DNA from: Rhizobium sp. Q54
Lineage (GTDB): Bacteria > Pseudomonadota > Alphaproteobacteria > Rickettsiales > UBA1997
Assembly (NCBI GenBank): GCA_945875865.1
Contig: CAMCMF010000005.1
Span: forward strand, 1 to 58,727
Length of the DNA stretch: 58,727 nucleotides
Direction of reading: 5' to 3'
The notes below the pieces were generated by a model. It ran no database searches and was not told the origin of the DNA. It worked only from the letters and a program-made list of their open reading frames with translations. Of the stretch, positions 9,556 to 19,754 are shown piece after piece. A program made the translations under genes and the position numbers. The stretch's first letter is position 1, and every line of letters begins with the position of its first letter.

Positions 9556-9762
9556 ATGGCTATCGGAATCGTAAAATGGTTTAATCCTACTAAAGGCTAC
9601 GGCTTTATCGCCCCAGAAGGCGGTGACAAAGACATCTTTGTTCACATCACAGCTCTTGAAAAAGCTGGCTTAAAAACTCTAAATGAAGGTCAGCGTGTTA
9701 GTTATGATCTAACTACCAGCAAAGGCAGAACCTCAGCAGACCAAATCAAATTACTTGATTAG
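9556..9762 (+). CDS. cspA: Cold-shock protein (CspA family)
   Basis: [13 protein letters not shown] and [12 protein letters not shown] motifs. Confidence 0.95.
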   Translation: MAIGIVKWFNPTKGYGFIAPEGGDKDIFVHITALEKAGLKTLNEGQRVSYDLTTSKGRTSADQIKLLD

Positions 9763-9793
9763 TTTTAGCTAATAAGTTTTAAGCAAACTAAAC

Positions 9794-9837
9794 AAAAATA
9801 AGGCGGGAGAGTTTTGACTTTCCCGCCTTATTTTTTT
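9794..9837 (+). terminator. Rho-independent terminator after cspA (probably bidirectional)
   Basis: AAAAATAAGGCGGGA / TCCCGCCTTATTTTT stem followed by a T run. Confidence 0.85.
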
Positions 9838-9924
9838 GCGCGTTATTTTTTTTGAAAGGTAAGCGTACTTAGAATTGCGAAAAATTCGACGAAAATTTTG
9901 ATTTGCAACAGCCTCATTATGGTT

Positions 9925-10293
9925 CTATCGAACCACTGAACAGGTCATGTAAAGCTTGGCTTGTGTTTCAACGATAAGAGCAAGAAAGATTTTGCTATTT
10001 TTAACATCCGCAGCACAAACATCTTTTTGTAAAAATAACTCAGTATTTTGAGACAATAAAACACACAGACCCAACTCCATCTTTTTTTTCATCTCCTCCA
10101 TATCCTTATTAATAAAATTCTGGGAAATTTCTTGAAGAGATTCCTGCGTTAAACAACCGATTGTAGATGATACCGTGATTTTGTGCGGCTCATCAAATTG
10201 TAGGGGCTCTTCGTTTAAATGAAAAAGATCTAAAGTGCTGAAAAGCCAAGTAATGACCGTTCCAACTAATATGCTGAGAATAATATCCTTCAT
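9925..10293 (-). CDS. Hypothetical protein with N-terminal hydrophobic segment
   Basis: 122-aa ORF directly downstream of and co-oriented with ppdK. Confidence 0.65.
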   Translation of the reverse strand: MKDIILSILVGTVITWLFSTLDLFHLNEEPLQFDEPHKITVSSTIGCLTQESLQEISQNFINKDMEEMKKKMELGLCVLLSQNTELFLQKDVCAADVKNSKIFLALIVETQAKLYMTCSVVR

Positions 10294-10315
10294 GATGATT
10301 AGGCTGCATTGCTTT

Positions 10316-12973
10316 TTACAATGCCGCTCTAGCTGCTGCTAATCTTGCGATTGGAACTCGGTAAGGCGAGCAAGAAACATAATTCAAACCTGCGTGATGA
10401 CAGAACTCAATTGATGCGGGATTTCCACCATGTTCGCCACAGATTCCGAGTTTGATGTCTTTTCTAACTGACTTACCTTTTGCAGTAGCAATTTTTATTA
10501 ATTCACCAACACCTTCTTGATCTAGCTCGGCAAATGGATCTTTTTCGAAGATTCCGGCTTTTTGGTAGTGACCTAGAAAGCTTGCAGAATCATCGCGAGA
10601 TAATCCAAAAGTTGTTTGGGTTAAATCATTTGTTCCGAAGCTGAAAAATTCTGCCTCAAGAGCAATTTGATCAGCGATCAATGCGGCTCTAGGAAGCTCG
10701 ATCATCGTGCCCACCATATATTGCAGATTTTGACCTTGTTCTTTTTCAACTTCTTTCTCAACGCGAATCACTAATTCGCGCATGATTTGAATTTCTTTTC
10801 GAGTCGCAACTAAAGGAATCATCACTTCCAAAAGCACGTCTTTTCCAGTTTCTTTTTTTACAATTGAAGCAGCTTCAAAAATCGCCCTCGCCTGCATTTC
10901 ATAAATTTCCGGATAAGAAATTCCGAGACGACAACCGCGATGTCCTAACATCGGATTTTGCTCTTTAAGTTGTGAAGTACGATATTTTACGTAATCAATT
11001 TCAACGGCGGCAACTTTTGCAACTTCGGCAATTTCTTCTTCCTTATGCGGTAAAAATTCGTGAAGTGGCGGATCAAGCAAACGAATCGTCACTGGCAATC
11101 CCGCCATGATTTTAAAGATCGAGACAAAATCGGCGCGTTGCATCGGTAGTAATTTTGCCAGCGCTTTTTTTCTACCTTCAAGATTGTCAGCCAAAATCAT
11201 TTGGCGAACCGAAATGATGCGATCTTCACTGAAGAACATATGTTCAGTTCTGCACAGACCAATTCCCTCACAACCGAAATCGCGCGCTACTTGGCAATCG
11301 AGTGGAGTTTCAGCATTTGTTCTAACTTTTAGCACACGAACTTCATCCGCCCATTTCATGATGGTTTGAAAATCGTCGGAAAGATTTGGTTTTAGAGTTG
11401 GTACTAAACCTAAAATTACATCACCGGTTGAGCCGTTGATAGTGATGGTTTCGCCCTCTTTCACTTTCACGCCGCCTGCGGTGAAGAAGCCTCCTTTGTG
11501 ATCAACATGAAGACCAGAAGCGCCGGAAACGCAAGGTGTTCCCATGCCACGAGCCACAACGGCTGCGTGTGAAGTCATGCCACCGCGCGCGGTTAAAATT
11601 CCTTGCGAAACATGCATGCCTTTGATGTCTTCTGGACTAGTTTCGACACGAACTAAAATTACTTTTTCGCCATTAGTTGCTTTTTTTTCTGCTTCAGCGG
11701 AAGAAAAAACTACAATGCCAGAAGCGGCACCAGGAGAAGCTGGAAGACCTTTGGCAATAATTTGAACTTTAGCTTTTGGATCGAGAGTTGGATGTAAAAG
11801 TTGATCTAAACTTGCGGGATCGATGCGACGCAAAGCATCTTTTTTATCGATCAATTTTTCATTGACCATATCAACAGCAATTTTTACTGCAGCATGCGCC
11901 GTGCGTTTACCATTGCGGGTTTGTAGCATCCACAGCTTTTTATTTTGCACGGTGAATTCGATATCTTGCATATCGCGATAATGAGTTTCCAGCTTCTGAT
12001 AAATTTTTACCAATTCAGAAAAAACTTCCGGCATGGTTTCTTCCATTGAAGGAAGTTTTGAACCAAGTTGTTCTTTACCAGAAATTGTGATTGATTGAGG
12101 CGTGCGAATTCCGGCAACAACATCTTCGCCTTGCGCATTGATTAAATATTCGCCGTAAAGTTCTTTAGTGCCATTTGAAGGATTTCTAGTGAAGGCAACT
12201 CCGGTTGCAGAAGTTTCTCCCATATTTCCGAAGACCATTGACTGCACGTTTACTGCCGTTCCCCAGCTGGCAGGAATGTCATTTAATTCGCGATAAGTGA
12301 TGGCGCGATTATTCATCCATGAAGCGAAAACAGCTTCAATTGCGCCCCAAAGTTGCTCGTGAACATTTTGTGGAAAATCTTTTTTATATTCTCTTTTGAC
12401 TTCAGCTTTGTAGAGCAAAACTAAATCTTCGAGATCTTCGGCGGTGAGATCAGTGTCAGCGCTGGCGCCAACTTCCTGTTTTTTCTCATCCAAAATTACT
12501 TCGAAATTATGGTGATCAACTTCCAAAACTACGTTGGAATACATTTGAATGAAGCGACGGTAAGAGTCGAAAGCGAAGCGTTTATTGGCAGAATTTGTGG
12601 CGAGACCTTGAACAGTTTTGTCATTCAATCCCAAATTCAAAACGGTGTCCATCATTCCCGGCATTGAGGCGCGAGCACCAGAACGTACGGAAAAAAGTAG
12701 CGGATTTGTTTCATCGCCAAAATTAGCACCGATTTTTTCTTCGATAATTTTAAGCGCCGCTTCAACTTCTTTTTTTAATGCGTCAGGAAATTTTTTTTCG
12801 TTTTTGTAATAAACGTCACAAACTTCAGTTGTGATGGTAAAACCAGGAGGAACAGGCAAGCCCATTTTTGACATCTCAGCCAAATTCGCGCCTTTTCCAC
12901 CAAGTAGATTTTTCATCGAAGCATCGCCTTCAGATTTTCCGTCACCGAAAGAATAAACAAATTTTTCCGTCAT
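10316..12973 (-). CDS. ppdK: Pyruvate, phosphate dikinase
   Basis: LGGKGANLAEM, SMPGMMDTVLN, GGMTSHAAVVARG (catalytic His), FSFGTNDLTQ and GICGEHGG. Confidence 0.98.
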   Translation of the reverse strand: MTEKFVYSFGDGKSEGDASMKNLLGGKGANLAEMSKMGLPVPPGFTITTEVCDVYYKNEKKFPDALKKEVEAALKIIEEKIGANFGDETNPLLFSVRSGARASMPGMMDTVLNLGLNDKTVQGLATNSANKRFAFDSYRRFIQMYSNVVLEVDHHNFEVILDEKKQEVGASADTDLTAEDLEDLVLLYKAEVKREYKKDFPQNVHEQLWGAIEAVFASWMNNRAITYRELNDIPASWGTAVNVQSMVFGNMGETSATGVAFTRNPSNGTKELYGEYLINAQGEDVVAGIRTPQSITISGKEQLGSKLPSMEETMPEVFSELVKIYQKLETHYRDMQDIEFTVQNKKLWMLQTRNGKRTAHAAVKIAVDMVNEKLIDKKDALRRIDPASLDQLLHPTLDPKAKVQIIAKGLPASPGAASGIVVFSSAEAEKKATNGEKVILVRVETSPEDIKGMHVSQGILTARGGMTSHAAVVARGMGTPCVSGASGLHVDHKGGFFTAGGVKVKEGETITINGSTGDVILGLVPTLKPNLSDDFQTIMKWADEVRVLKVRTNAETPLDCQVARDFGCEGIGLCRTEHMFFSEDRIISVRQMILADNLEGRKKALAKLLPMQRADFVSIFKIMAGLPVTIRLLDPPLHEFLPHKEEEIAEVAKVAAVEIDYVKYRTSQLKEQNPMLGHRGCRLGISYPEIYEMQARAIFEAASIVKKETGKDVLLEVMIPLVATRKEIQIMRELVIRVEKEVEKEQGQNLQYMVGTMIELPRAALIADQIALEAEFFSFGTNDLTQTTFGLSRDDSASFLGHYQKAGIFEKDPFAELDQEGVGELIKIATAKGKSVRKDIKLGICGEHGGNPASIEFCHHAGLNYVSCSPYRVPIARLAAARAAL

Positions 12974-12990
12974 TTTTAGATAATTAAAAG

Positions 12991-14376
12991 TTATTTAGAA
13001 TTGTTGTTAAGCGGGCTTTTGCGATAGCCGTAGCAGAAATAAACTAATAATCCTGTGATGGTCCAGAGCAGAAACCAAAAGCCGTTTCTTGGTAGTAAGG
13101 TGTAAATTAGATAGCCGCAGCTCAACACAGAAAGTGGCATAACGATGTTAATTGCTGGACATCTGAAAGGACGCTTAATCGTTGGCTCAGTGCGGCGCAA
13201 AACAAAAACTCCGATCGATACAATCATGAAAGAGAAAAGTGTTCCGATGCAAGTAAGTGAGCTGAGAAGTTCGAGAGGAACTAAGCCCGCAACCAACATT
13301 GCAACGACTGAAGTTAGTACGACGCTAAAACTTGGAGTGTGAAATTTTTTATGCATTTTGCTGAAAACCGCCGGGATTAAACCGTCGCGCGACATCACAA
13401 AAAAGATGCGCGATTGTCCGTAAATTAAAATCAATAAAACTGAAGTGATGCCGGCTAGAGCGCCAGTTGCGATTAAAGCCGAGCTGATGTTGCTGCCATT
13501 TTCACGAAGCGCGCGAGCTAGAGGTTCAGGATTGTTGAGAGTTGAGTAATCAGCGATTCCCGTCAGAACTAGTGCCACAGAAACATAAACTATCATGCAG
13601 ACTACCAGCGAGCCGATGATGCCGTAAGGCAAATCGCGTCCGGGATTTTTACATTCCTCCGCCGCAGTTGCTACCGCATCAAAACCGATATAGGCGTTGA
13701 AGACAATCGCCGCTCCAACCATCACGCCGGAAAAACCAAATGGCATAAAATCTTCCCAACGAGATGTTTGAACCATCGGTGCGGCGATGATTAAAAAAAT
13801 CAAAATTACGGTTAATTTTATTCCAACTAAAATGCGATTTAACATCACGCTTTCCTTGGTTCCGCGATAAACTAAAACACCGATGAAGAGAAGAATACAC
13901 ATCGCTGGAACATTGATGATTCCACCATCACTTGGCGATTTTGTAAAATGTTCGGGAACGATATAACCAACAGATTTGAGGATGCCGACAATATAGCCCG
14001 ACCAACCAGAAGCAACAACCGAGGCGCCAATTCCATATTCTAGAATTAATCCCCAACCCACAACCCAAGCTAAAAATTCGCCCATTAGCGCGTAGGAATA
14101 AGTGTAAGCGCTGCCAGAAACTGGAACCATCGCAGCGAACTCGGCGTAGGTTAAGGCGGCAAAAATACAAACGAGAAATGCGATCAAATAAGAAAGGGAA
14201 ACTGCTGGCCCAGAATATTTTGCCGCGACAATTCCGGTAATAACAAAAACACCCATGCCAATCGCGCATCCAACACCAATCATGATCAAATCAAAAACTC
14301 CTAAAGTTTTTGAAAGAGGATTTTTTTTGGCATTAGCAATAATCTCATCAACGCTTTTTTTGCGGAAAATTTTCAT
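12991..14376 (-). CDS. APC-superfamily amino acid permease (CAT-like), paralog 2
   Basis: GCAIGMGVF, YAEFAAMVPVSGSAYTY, AYIGFDAVATAAEE and RPFRCP. Confidence 0.93.
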   Translation of the reverse strand: MKIFRKKSVDEIIANAKKNPLSKTLGVFDLIMIGVGCAIGMGVFVITGIVAAKYSGPAVSLSYLIAFLVCIFAALTYAEFAAMVPVSGSAYTYSYALMGEFLAWVVGWGLILEYGIGASVVASGWSGYIVGILKSVGYIVPEHFTKSPSDGGIINVPAMCILLFIGVLVYRGTKESVMLNRILVGIKLTVILIFLIIAAPMVQTSRWEDFMPFGFSGVMVGAAIVFNAYIGFDAVATAAEECKNPGRDLPYGIIGSLVVCMIVYVSVALVLTGIADYSTLNNPEPLARALRENGSNISSALIATGALAGITSVLLILIYGQSRIFFVMSRDGLIPAVFSKMHKKFHTPSFSVVLTSVVAMLVAGLVPLELLSSLTCIGTLFSFMIVSIGVFVLRRTEPTIKRPFRCPAINIVMPLSVLSCGYLIYTLLPRNGFWFLLWTITGLLVYFCYGYRKSPLNNNSK

Positions 14377-14408
14377 GAATAATGGAATTGTTAGGAGATG
14401 ATTTTCAG

Positions 14409-15794
14409 CTACTTTTCTATGTTCAAATTACTTCTCTTGCGACTGTATAAAAAGTAAAATAACAGACCAAATCCAAACCAGATTAATGCTGGTTTGCCAG
14501 TTTCTTGCAACAAAGTATAAATCAAATATCCGCAACTAATTATCGCAAAAGGCGCGACAATAAAAAGCCATGGACATCTAAAGCTTCTGTGAAGATCGGC
14601 TCTAGTAAAGCGCAAAACCAAAACTCCAATCGAAACGATGAGGAAGGCGAATAAAGTTCCTAAGCTACTCAGCTGACCCATAATTCTTATCGGAGTAAAT
14701 CCTGCAATCAGCGAAACTACCAAAATTACAAAAAGGCAACTGAGGTGGGGAGTTCCATGCTTTTCATGAACCTTGCTGAAAAAATTTGGAATCAGACCGT
14801 CGCGCGACATCACAAAAAAGATTCGCGATTGGCTATACATCATCACCAACAAAACTGTTACCATGCCAATAAGGGCGCCGGCTCCAATTAAAGCCGAACC
14901 GACATTGCTGCCATTTTCACGCAATGCACGAGCCATCGGCTCAGGATTATCTAGCGTGCTGTAATGCGAGATTCCCGTTAATGCGAGAGAGATAAGGATA
15001 TAAACCGAAGCACAAATTAACAGTCCAACGATGATACCAATTGGCATATCTCTTTTAGGATTTTTACATTCCTCAACTGCGGTGGCTAAAGAATCAAAAC
15101 CAGTATAAGCAAAAAATATTGTTGCTGAGCCAAGCAAAACGCCATGCCATCCGAAGGGCATAAATTCTGCGTAATTTTCCATTTTGATATGAGGAGCCGC
15201 AACTAGTAAAAATATCGTGATGATAACGAGTTTTATACCGACTAAAATTCTATTCGCCATCGCGCTTTCTTTGGTGCCACGATAAAGCAACGCTCCCACA
15301 AATAAGACGATTAAAATTGCCGGAAGATTTATTATTCCACCTTCAACTGGAACTGTGGTTATAGCTTGCGGAAGATTGACTCCACCCTGCTTGAGCATTC
15401 CGACAAAATAGCCTGACCATCCCGCGGCAACTGTTGATGCAACCACCGTATATTCTAAAACTAAACCGCAAGCCACTAACCAAGCGACAGATTCGCCAAG
15501 CGAAACGTAGGAATAAGTGTAGGCGCTACCTGATGCAGGAACTACTGAAGCAAATTCGGCATAAGCAAGGCCGGCACACACGCAAACTACAGCGGCTAAA
15601 AGACAGGAAATCGCAACAGCTGGACCAGCATGTCTAGCGGCAACTAAGCCCGCTAACACAAAAATTCCAACTCCAATTGCACCGCCAACTCCAAGTAAAA
15701 CTAAATCAAGAGCACCTAAAGTTTTTTTAAGTGATTTGTTTTTTACAGACTCCAACACAGCTTCAACACTTTTAGTTCGAAATAGTGATTTCAT
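14409..15794 (-). CDS. APC-superfamily amino acid permease (CAT-like), paralog 1
   Basis: GGAIGVGIF, YAEFASVVPASGSAYTY and AYTGFDSLATAVEE. Confidence 0.93.
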   Translation of the reverse strand: MKSLFRTKSVEAVLESVKNKSLKKTLGALDLVLLGVGGAIGVGIFVLAGLVAARHAGPAVAISCLLAAVVCVCAGLAYAEFASVVPASGSAYTYSYVSLGESVAWLVACGLVLEYTVVASTVAAGWSGYFVGMLKQGGVNLPQAITTVPVEGGIINLPAILIVLFVGALLYRGTKESAMANRILVGIKLVIITIFLLVAAPHIKMENYAEFMPFGWHGVLLGSATIFFAYTGFDSLATAVEECKNPKRDMPIGIIVGLLICASVYILISLALTGISHYSTLDNPEPMARALRENGSNVGSALIGAGALIGMVTVLLVMMYSQSRIFFVMSRDGLIPNFFSKVHEKHGTPHLSCLFVILVVSLIAGFTPIRIMGQLSSLGTLFAFLIVSIGVLVLRFTRADLHRSFRCPWLFIVAPFAIISCGYLIYTLLQETGKPALIWFGFGLLFYFLYSRKRSNLNIEK

Positions 15795-15809
15795 AAAAAT
15801 TATTCAAAA

Positions 15810-16838
15810 TTATTCGTTATAGTCCAAAGCTTCTTGGGTAGTTTCCTTGGAAATGAACCCTTTATTTAACAACTCGTTAACCGAATTTCTCATGAGGCAC
15901 ATGCCACTCTTTTTGCCGAGCTCAATGATGGAGTTAATTTGTGGAATTTTATCTTCGCGAATTAAATTTCGTATCGATGGATTAACAATCATGACCTCGT
16001 AGGCAGCACATCTTCCACCACCAGTTTTTTTCAAAAGTAGTTGCGAAATTATCGCTTTGATCGAACCGGAAAGCATAGTGCGCGCAACCTCCTTATCTTG
16101 CGGAGGAAATGCGTCAATTATTCTGTTGATGGTTTGAGCTGCAGAAGAAGTGTGTAGAGTTGCGAGAACCAAGTGACCAGTCTCTGCGGCGGTTAATGCC
16201 AGACGAATGGTTTCAAGATCGCGCAATTCACCAACTAAAATTACGTCAGGATCTTCACGTAAAGCACTTTTTAACGCAGCGGCAAAAGAGAGAGTATTTT
16301 TACCAACTTCGCGCTGATTAATTAGAGATTTTTTATTTTTATGTATGAATTCAACTGGATCTTCGATGGTAATAATATGGGCAGAACAAGTTTCATTAAT
16401 GTGATCAAGAATCGCTGACAAGGTAGTTGATTTTCCACTACCAGTTGGACCAACAACCAGAACCAAGCCTTTGCCACAAGTTGCCAAAGAGTACAGGATT
16501 TCAGGCGCATGAAGCGCTGCGAGACTTTTTATATCGGCAGGGATTTCACGAAAGACCGCAGCTGGACCGTAAATATTGTGAAAAGCGTTAACCCGAAAAC
16601 GCATATCTTTAGCAATTTGCACCGAAAAATCAATTTCCAAACTATTTTCATAAACTTTTTTTTGATCCTCGCTCATGATAGATGTAATCATAGTCGCGAC
16701 TTGTGCAGCAGTGAGTGCTGGAGTATTTGGAATCGCCATTATTTCACCATCAACTCGCAACATGGGGAACGATCCAGTTGAAATATGAAGATCAGAAGAG
16801 CCGCGCTTTTTCGCGTAAGAAAGAATTTTTTCGATCAT
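15810..16838 (-). CDS. pilT: Type IV pilus retraction ATPase PilT
   Basis: SDLHI, GPTGSGKSTTL, TIEDPVEF, ALREDPDVILVGELRD, AETGHLVLATLHT and the SIRNLIRE motif. Confidence 0.93.
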   Translation of the reverse strand: MIEKILSYAKKRGSSDLHISTGSFPMLRVDGEIMAIPNTPALTAAQVATMITSIMSEDQKKVYENSLEIDFSVQIAKDMRFRVNAFHNIYGPAAVFREIPADIKSLAALHAPEILYSLATCGKGLVLVVGPTGSGKSTTLSAILDHINETCSAHIITIEDPVEFIHKNKKSLINQREVGKNTLSFAAALKSALREDPDVILVGELRDLETIRLALTAAETGHLVLATLHTSSAAQTINRIIDAFPPQDKEVARTMLSGSIKAIISQLLLKKTGGGRCAAYEVMIVNPSIRNLIREDKIPQINSIIELGKKSGMCLMRNSVNELLNKGFISKETTQEALDYNE

Positions 16839-17698
16839 AATTTCTGCCTGATAAATTCGATGCGTTTTTTGATCTGATCAAGTGGAATTGTTTGATCATC
16901 CGACGCATTTCTAAGTATTTTTGAATAGAGATCTATCGCTTTTTCATAATTAGCATTTTTATCATAAGTCACCGCTAAATTATACTGATAATCGATGCGA
17001 CTTGAATCGATAATTACCGCCCTTTCAAACAAGGAAATTGCCTGAGGATAATTGTCCATTTTGTCGTAAGCATTTGCTGCAGAAGCAAGAATTGTAGCTG
17101 ATTTTGGATTTTGAGTAGAGAGGCGCGAGATCAAATAAATAGCGTTACGCGGAGATTCTTCGGTGAGTATTACTAATAAATTTCCGATGATAGCTTCTTG
17201 ATTTTCGATGTCGGATTTTAGCAGTTGGTAATAAAGAGATTTCGCTTGGTCAAATTGTCCAACTCTTTGATAAACAGTAGCCAGAGCAAACTTGATGTGA
17301 TTATCCGCCGGTTCTTTTGCCAACACTTGTTTGTAGAGCTCTATTGCAACTTCATATTGCTCAATCAACGCCGCATTATAGGCCAATTTTTCTTTTTGCC
17401 TTAAATCAAAACTTCCAATATTTTCATCATTAACAACTATGTCGACAGAGGATAAATTTTCACTTTTATTAAAGTCGCTAGATTTGATGCTAAAACTACT
17501 TTTCTTTTTTGAATTATCGCTTTGATAAAAGTCGATTTTTTGGCGGGATTCCTTGTCAAAAATTAAGCTTTTTTCTATCTCCTTAAAGATTTCTGTGGTA
17601 GAGATTGCAGCATCTTGCGCATAGGAAAAACCTGAGGAAAAAACCGCAAAAAAAACTGCGAGCTTCTTCAATGAATTTGTAAGAAAATCATTCTGCAT
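16835..17698 (-). CDS. Exported tetratricopeptide-repeat protein
   Basis: Signal peptide (ending SYA-Q) and several TPR motifs, e.g. [22 protein letters not shown]. Confidence 0.85.
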   Translation of the reverse strand: MQNDFLTNSLKKLAVFFAVFSSGFSYAQDAAISTTEIFKEIEKSLIFDKESRQKIDFYQSDNSKKKSSFSIKSSDFNKSENLSSVDIVVNDENIGSFDLRQKEKLAYNAALIEQYEVAIELYKQVLAKEPADNHIKFALATVYQRVGQFDQAKSLYYQLLKSDIENQEAIIGNLLVILTEESPRNAIYLISRLSTQNPKSATILASAANAYDKMDNYPQAISLFERAVIIDSSRIDYQYNLAVTYDKNANYEKAIDLYSKILRNASDDQTIPLDQIKKRIEFIRQKL

Positions 17699-19733
17699 TT
17701 TTTTGTTTTAGTAATGGGTTTTTAGGATTTTTTATGTAAATCATCACCGCCATGATGGAAGCTGGTGTGATGCCTTGAATTTTAAAAGCCGCGTTGATCG
17801 TTGGCGGTCTAAACTTCATCAATTTTTCACGCACTTCATTTGACAGACTTTGTATAGAAGCGTAGTCAATATCAAGTGGAATTTTCATCTGTTGATCTTG
17901 ACGAAATATTTCGATATCTCGCTCTTGGCGCCTGATGTATGAAGCATAAATTGCGTTGATTTTTATTTGCTTTTTTATCGCACTTTCAATCACCGAAATT
18001 TCTGGCCAAATTTTTTCAACTATTTCGAAATCAATATCGGGAAAAGTTAAAATCTGAAAAGCATTGCGCACGATTCCATCTTGCTTCACTGCAACTCCAA
18101 ATTCCGCAAGTTTATGCGGAGAAATTTTTAGCGATTCGAGCAATTCCATCGCTGCTGAAATTTTTAATTTTTTTTCGGCAAAATGTTTTTGTCGCTCCTC
18201 GCCAACAATTCCAAATTTAATTCCCATTTCAGTGAGACGAAAATCGGCATTATCTGCCCGAAGATTAAGTCGATATTCAGCGCGTGAAGTTAGCATGCGA
18301 TAAGGCTCAATCGTGCCGAGAGTTGTGAGATCGTCGATCATCACGCCGATATAACTTGAGGCACGATCCAAGACGAATTCATTCACCCCCATCGCGGCGC
18401 TAACGCGTCCGCTCGATCCCCCTAAATAGGGGGAACCTGACTCACCTTCATTAACTTTTTTATTCGCGACTAAAGCTGCATTGACTCCGGCAACAATTCC
18501 CTGCCCTGCAGCTTCTTCGTAACCCGTCGTTCCATTAATTTGTCCGGCGAAAAAAAGTCGGCGGATTTTTTTGGTTTCGAGGGTTGGAAGTAATTCGCGC
18601 GGATCAACAAAATCATATTCGATGGCGTAACCTGGTTGCGTCACCACGCAATTTTCTAAGCCGGGAATTGTTTTTAAAAATTCGATTTGCACTTCCAGCG
18701 GCAATGAAGTTGAAATGCCATTTGGATAAATTAAATCACTGTCTAAGCCTTCAGGCTCTAGGAAAATCTGATGACGCTCTTTATCAAAAAAGCGATGAAT
18801 TTTATCTTCAATCGAAGGGCAATAGCGCGGCCCGGTTCCGGAAATATGTCCGCCATACATTGCTGAACGGTGCAGATTTTTTTTAATAATTTCGTGAGTT
18901 TTAGAATTGGTGTAAGTGATGAAGCAGGTGGTTTGAGGAGTTTTTATTTCATCATTGAGATAAGAAAAAGGTTGCGGCGTAGAATCACTTTCTTGCTTTT
19001 CGAGATTTGAAAAATCGATCGAATCCTTGCGAATTCGTGGCGGCGTTCCGGTTTTAAGGCGAGCTAGAGAAAAATTATGACGCTCTAAAGTTTTTGAAAT
19101 TCCCAAAGATGGTTTTTCGCCAACACGACCGGCAGGAATTTTTTCTTCACCGATATGAATCATGCCGCGGAGGAAAGTTCCTGTTGTTAGGATGGCGGAT
19201 TTAGTTGATATACGCACCTCCAGTTTGTCATCCCCGCGAAGGCGGGGATCCAGCTTTACTTCAAGATCTTCTGGATCCCCGCCTTCGCGGGGATGACAAA
19301 CTGTCGATAGGATTTTGACCGCTACCACTTCGCCATTTTCGATTTCGATGTCTTCGACGGAGCCAAACATGATTTCGAGATTGGGATAATTTTCTAAAAT
19401 TTGATTAATGGCTTTTTTGTAGAGCTTGCGATCGGCTTGCGCGCGCGGCGAATGAACTGCGGCGCCTTTTGAAGCATTTAAAATTCGAAAATGAATACCC
19501 GCCATATCGATGGCTTTTCCCATCACGCCATCAAGAGCATCAACTTCGCGCACGATTGTTCCTTTCGCAATGCCACCAATTGCGGGATTGCAGGACATTT
19601 CACCGAGATTTTCGTGAGATTTTGTAACGAGAAGAGTTTTTTTCCCTAGGCGCGCGGAGGCGCATGCCGCTTCAATTCCGGCATGGCCCGCGCCAATCAC
19701 TATGACATCGAATTTAGTATTTTGGTGTTTCAT
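17688..19733 (-). CDS. mnmG: tRNA uridine-5-carboxymethylaminomethyl modification enzyme MnmG (GidA), carrying two repeat-derived in-frame insertions
   Basis: [35 protein letters not shown] and [16 protein letters not shown]. Confidence 0.97.
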   Translation of the reverse strand: MKHQNTKFDVIVIGAGHAGIEAACASARLGKKTLLVTKSHENLGEMSCNPAIGGIAKGTIVREVDALDGVMGKAIDMAGIHFRILNASKGAAVHSPRAQADRKLYKKAINQILENYPNLEIMFGSVEDIEIENGEVVAVKILSTVCHPREGGDPEDLEVKLDPRLRGDDKLEVRISTKSAILTTGTFLRGMIHIGEEKIPAGRVGEKPSLGISKTLERHNFSLARLKTGTPPRIRKDSIDFSNLEKQESDSTPQPFSYLNDEIKTPQTTCFITYTNSKTHEIIKKNLHRSAMYGGHISGTGPRYCPSIEDKIHRFFDKERHQIFLEPEGLDSDLIYPNGISTSLPLEVQIEFLKTIPGLENCVVTQPGYAIEYDFVDPRELLPTLETKKIRRLFFAGQINGTTGYEEAAGQGIVAGVNAALVANKKVNEGESGSPYLGGSSGRVSAAMGVNEFVLDRASSYIGVMIDDLTTLGTIEPYRMLTSRAEYRLNLRADNADFRLTEMGIKFGIVGEERQKHFAEKKLKISAAMELLESLKISPHKLAEFGVAVKQDGIVRNAFQILTFPDIDFEIVEKIWPEISVIESAIKKQIKINAIYASYIRRQERDIEIFRQDQQMKIPLDIDYASIQSLSNEVREKLMKFRPPTINAAFKIQGITPASIMAVMIYIKNPKNPLLKQKNAE
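18378..18455. repeat. Family C-like hairpin element inside mnmG (69-nt in-frame insert)
   Basis: TCCCCCT-AAAT-AGGGGGA hairpin at 18417-18434; flanked by TTCATTCAC / TTCATTAAC, 69 nt apart. Confidence 0.7.
19221..19303. repeat. Inverted REP pair (GTCATCCCCGCGAAGGCGGGGATCCAG), family B', inside mnmG
   Basis: 33-bp perfect inverted repeat at 19221-19253 and 19271-19303; identical core is intergenic at 38421-38494. Confidence 0.93.
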
Positions 19734-19754
19734 TTCATCTGTAAACTTTGGGTC

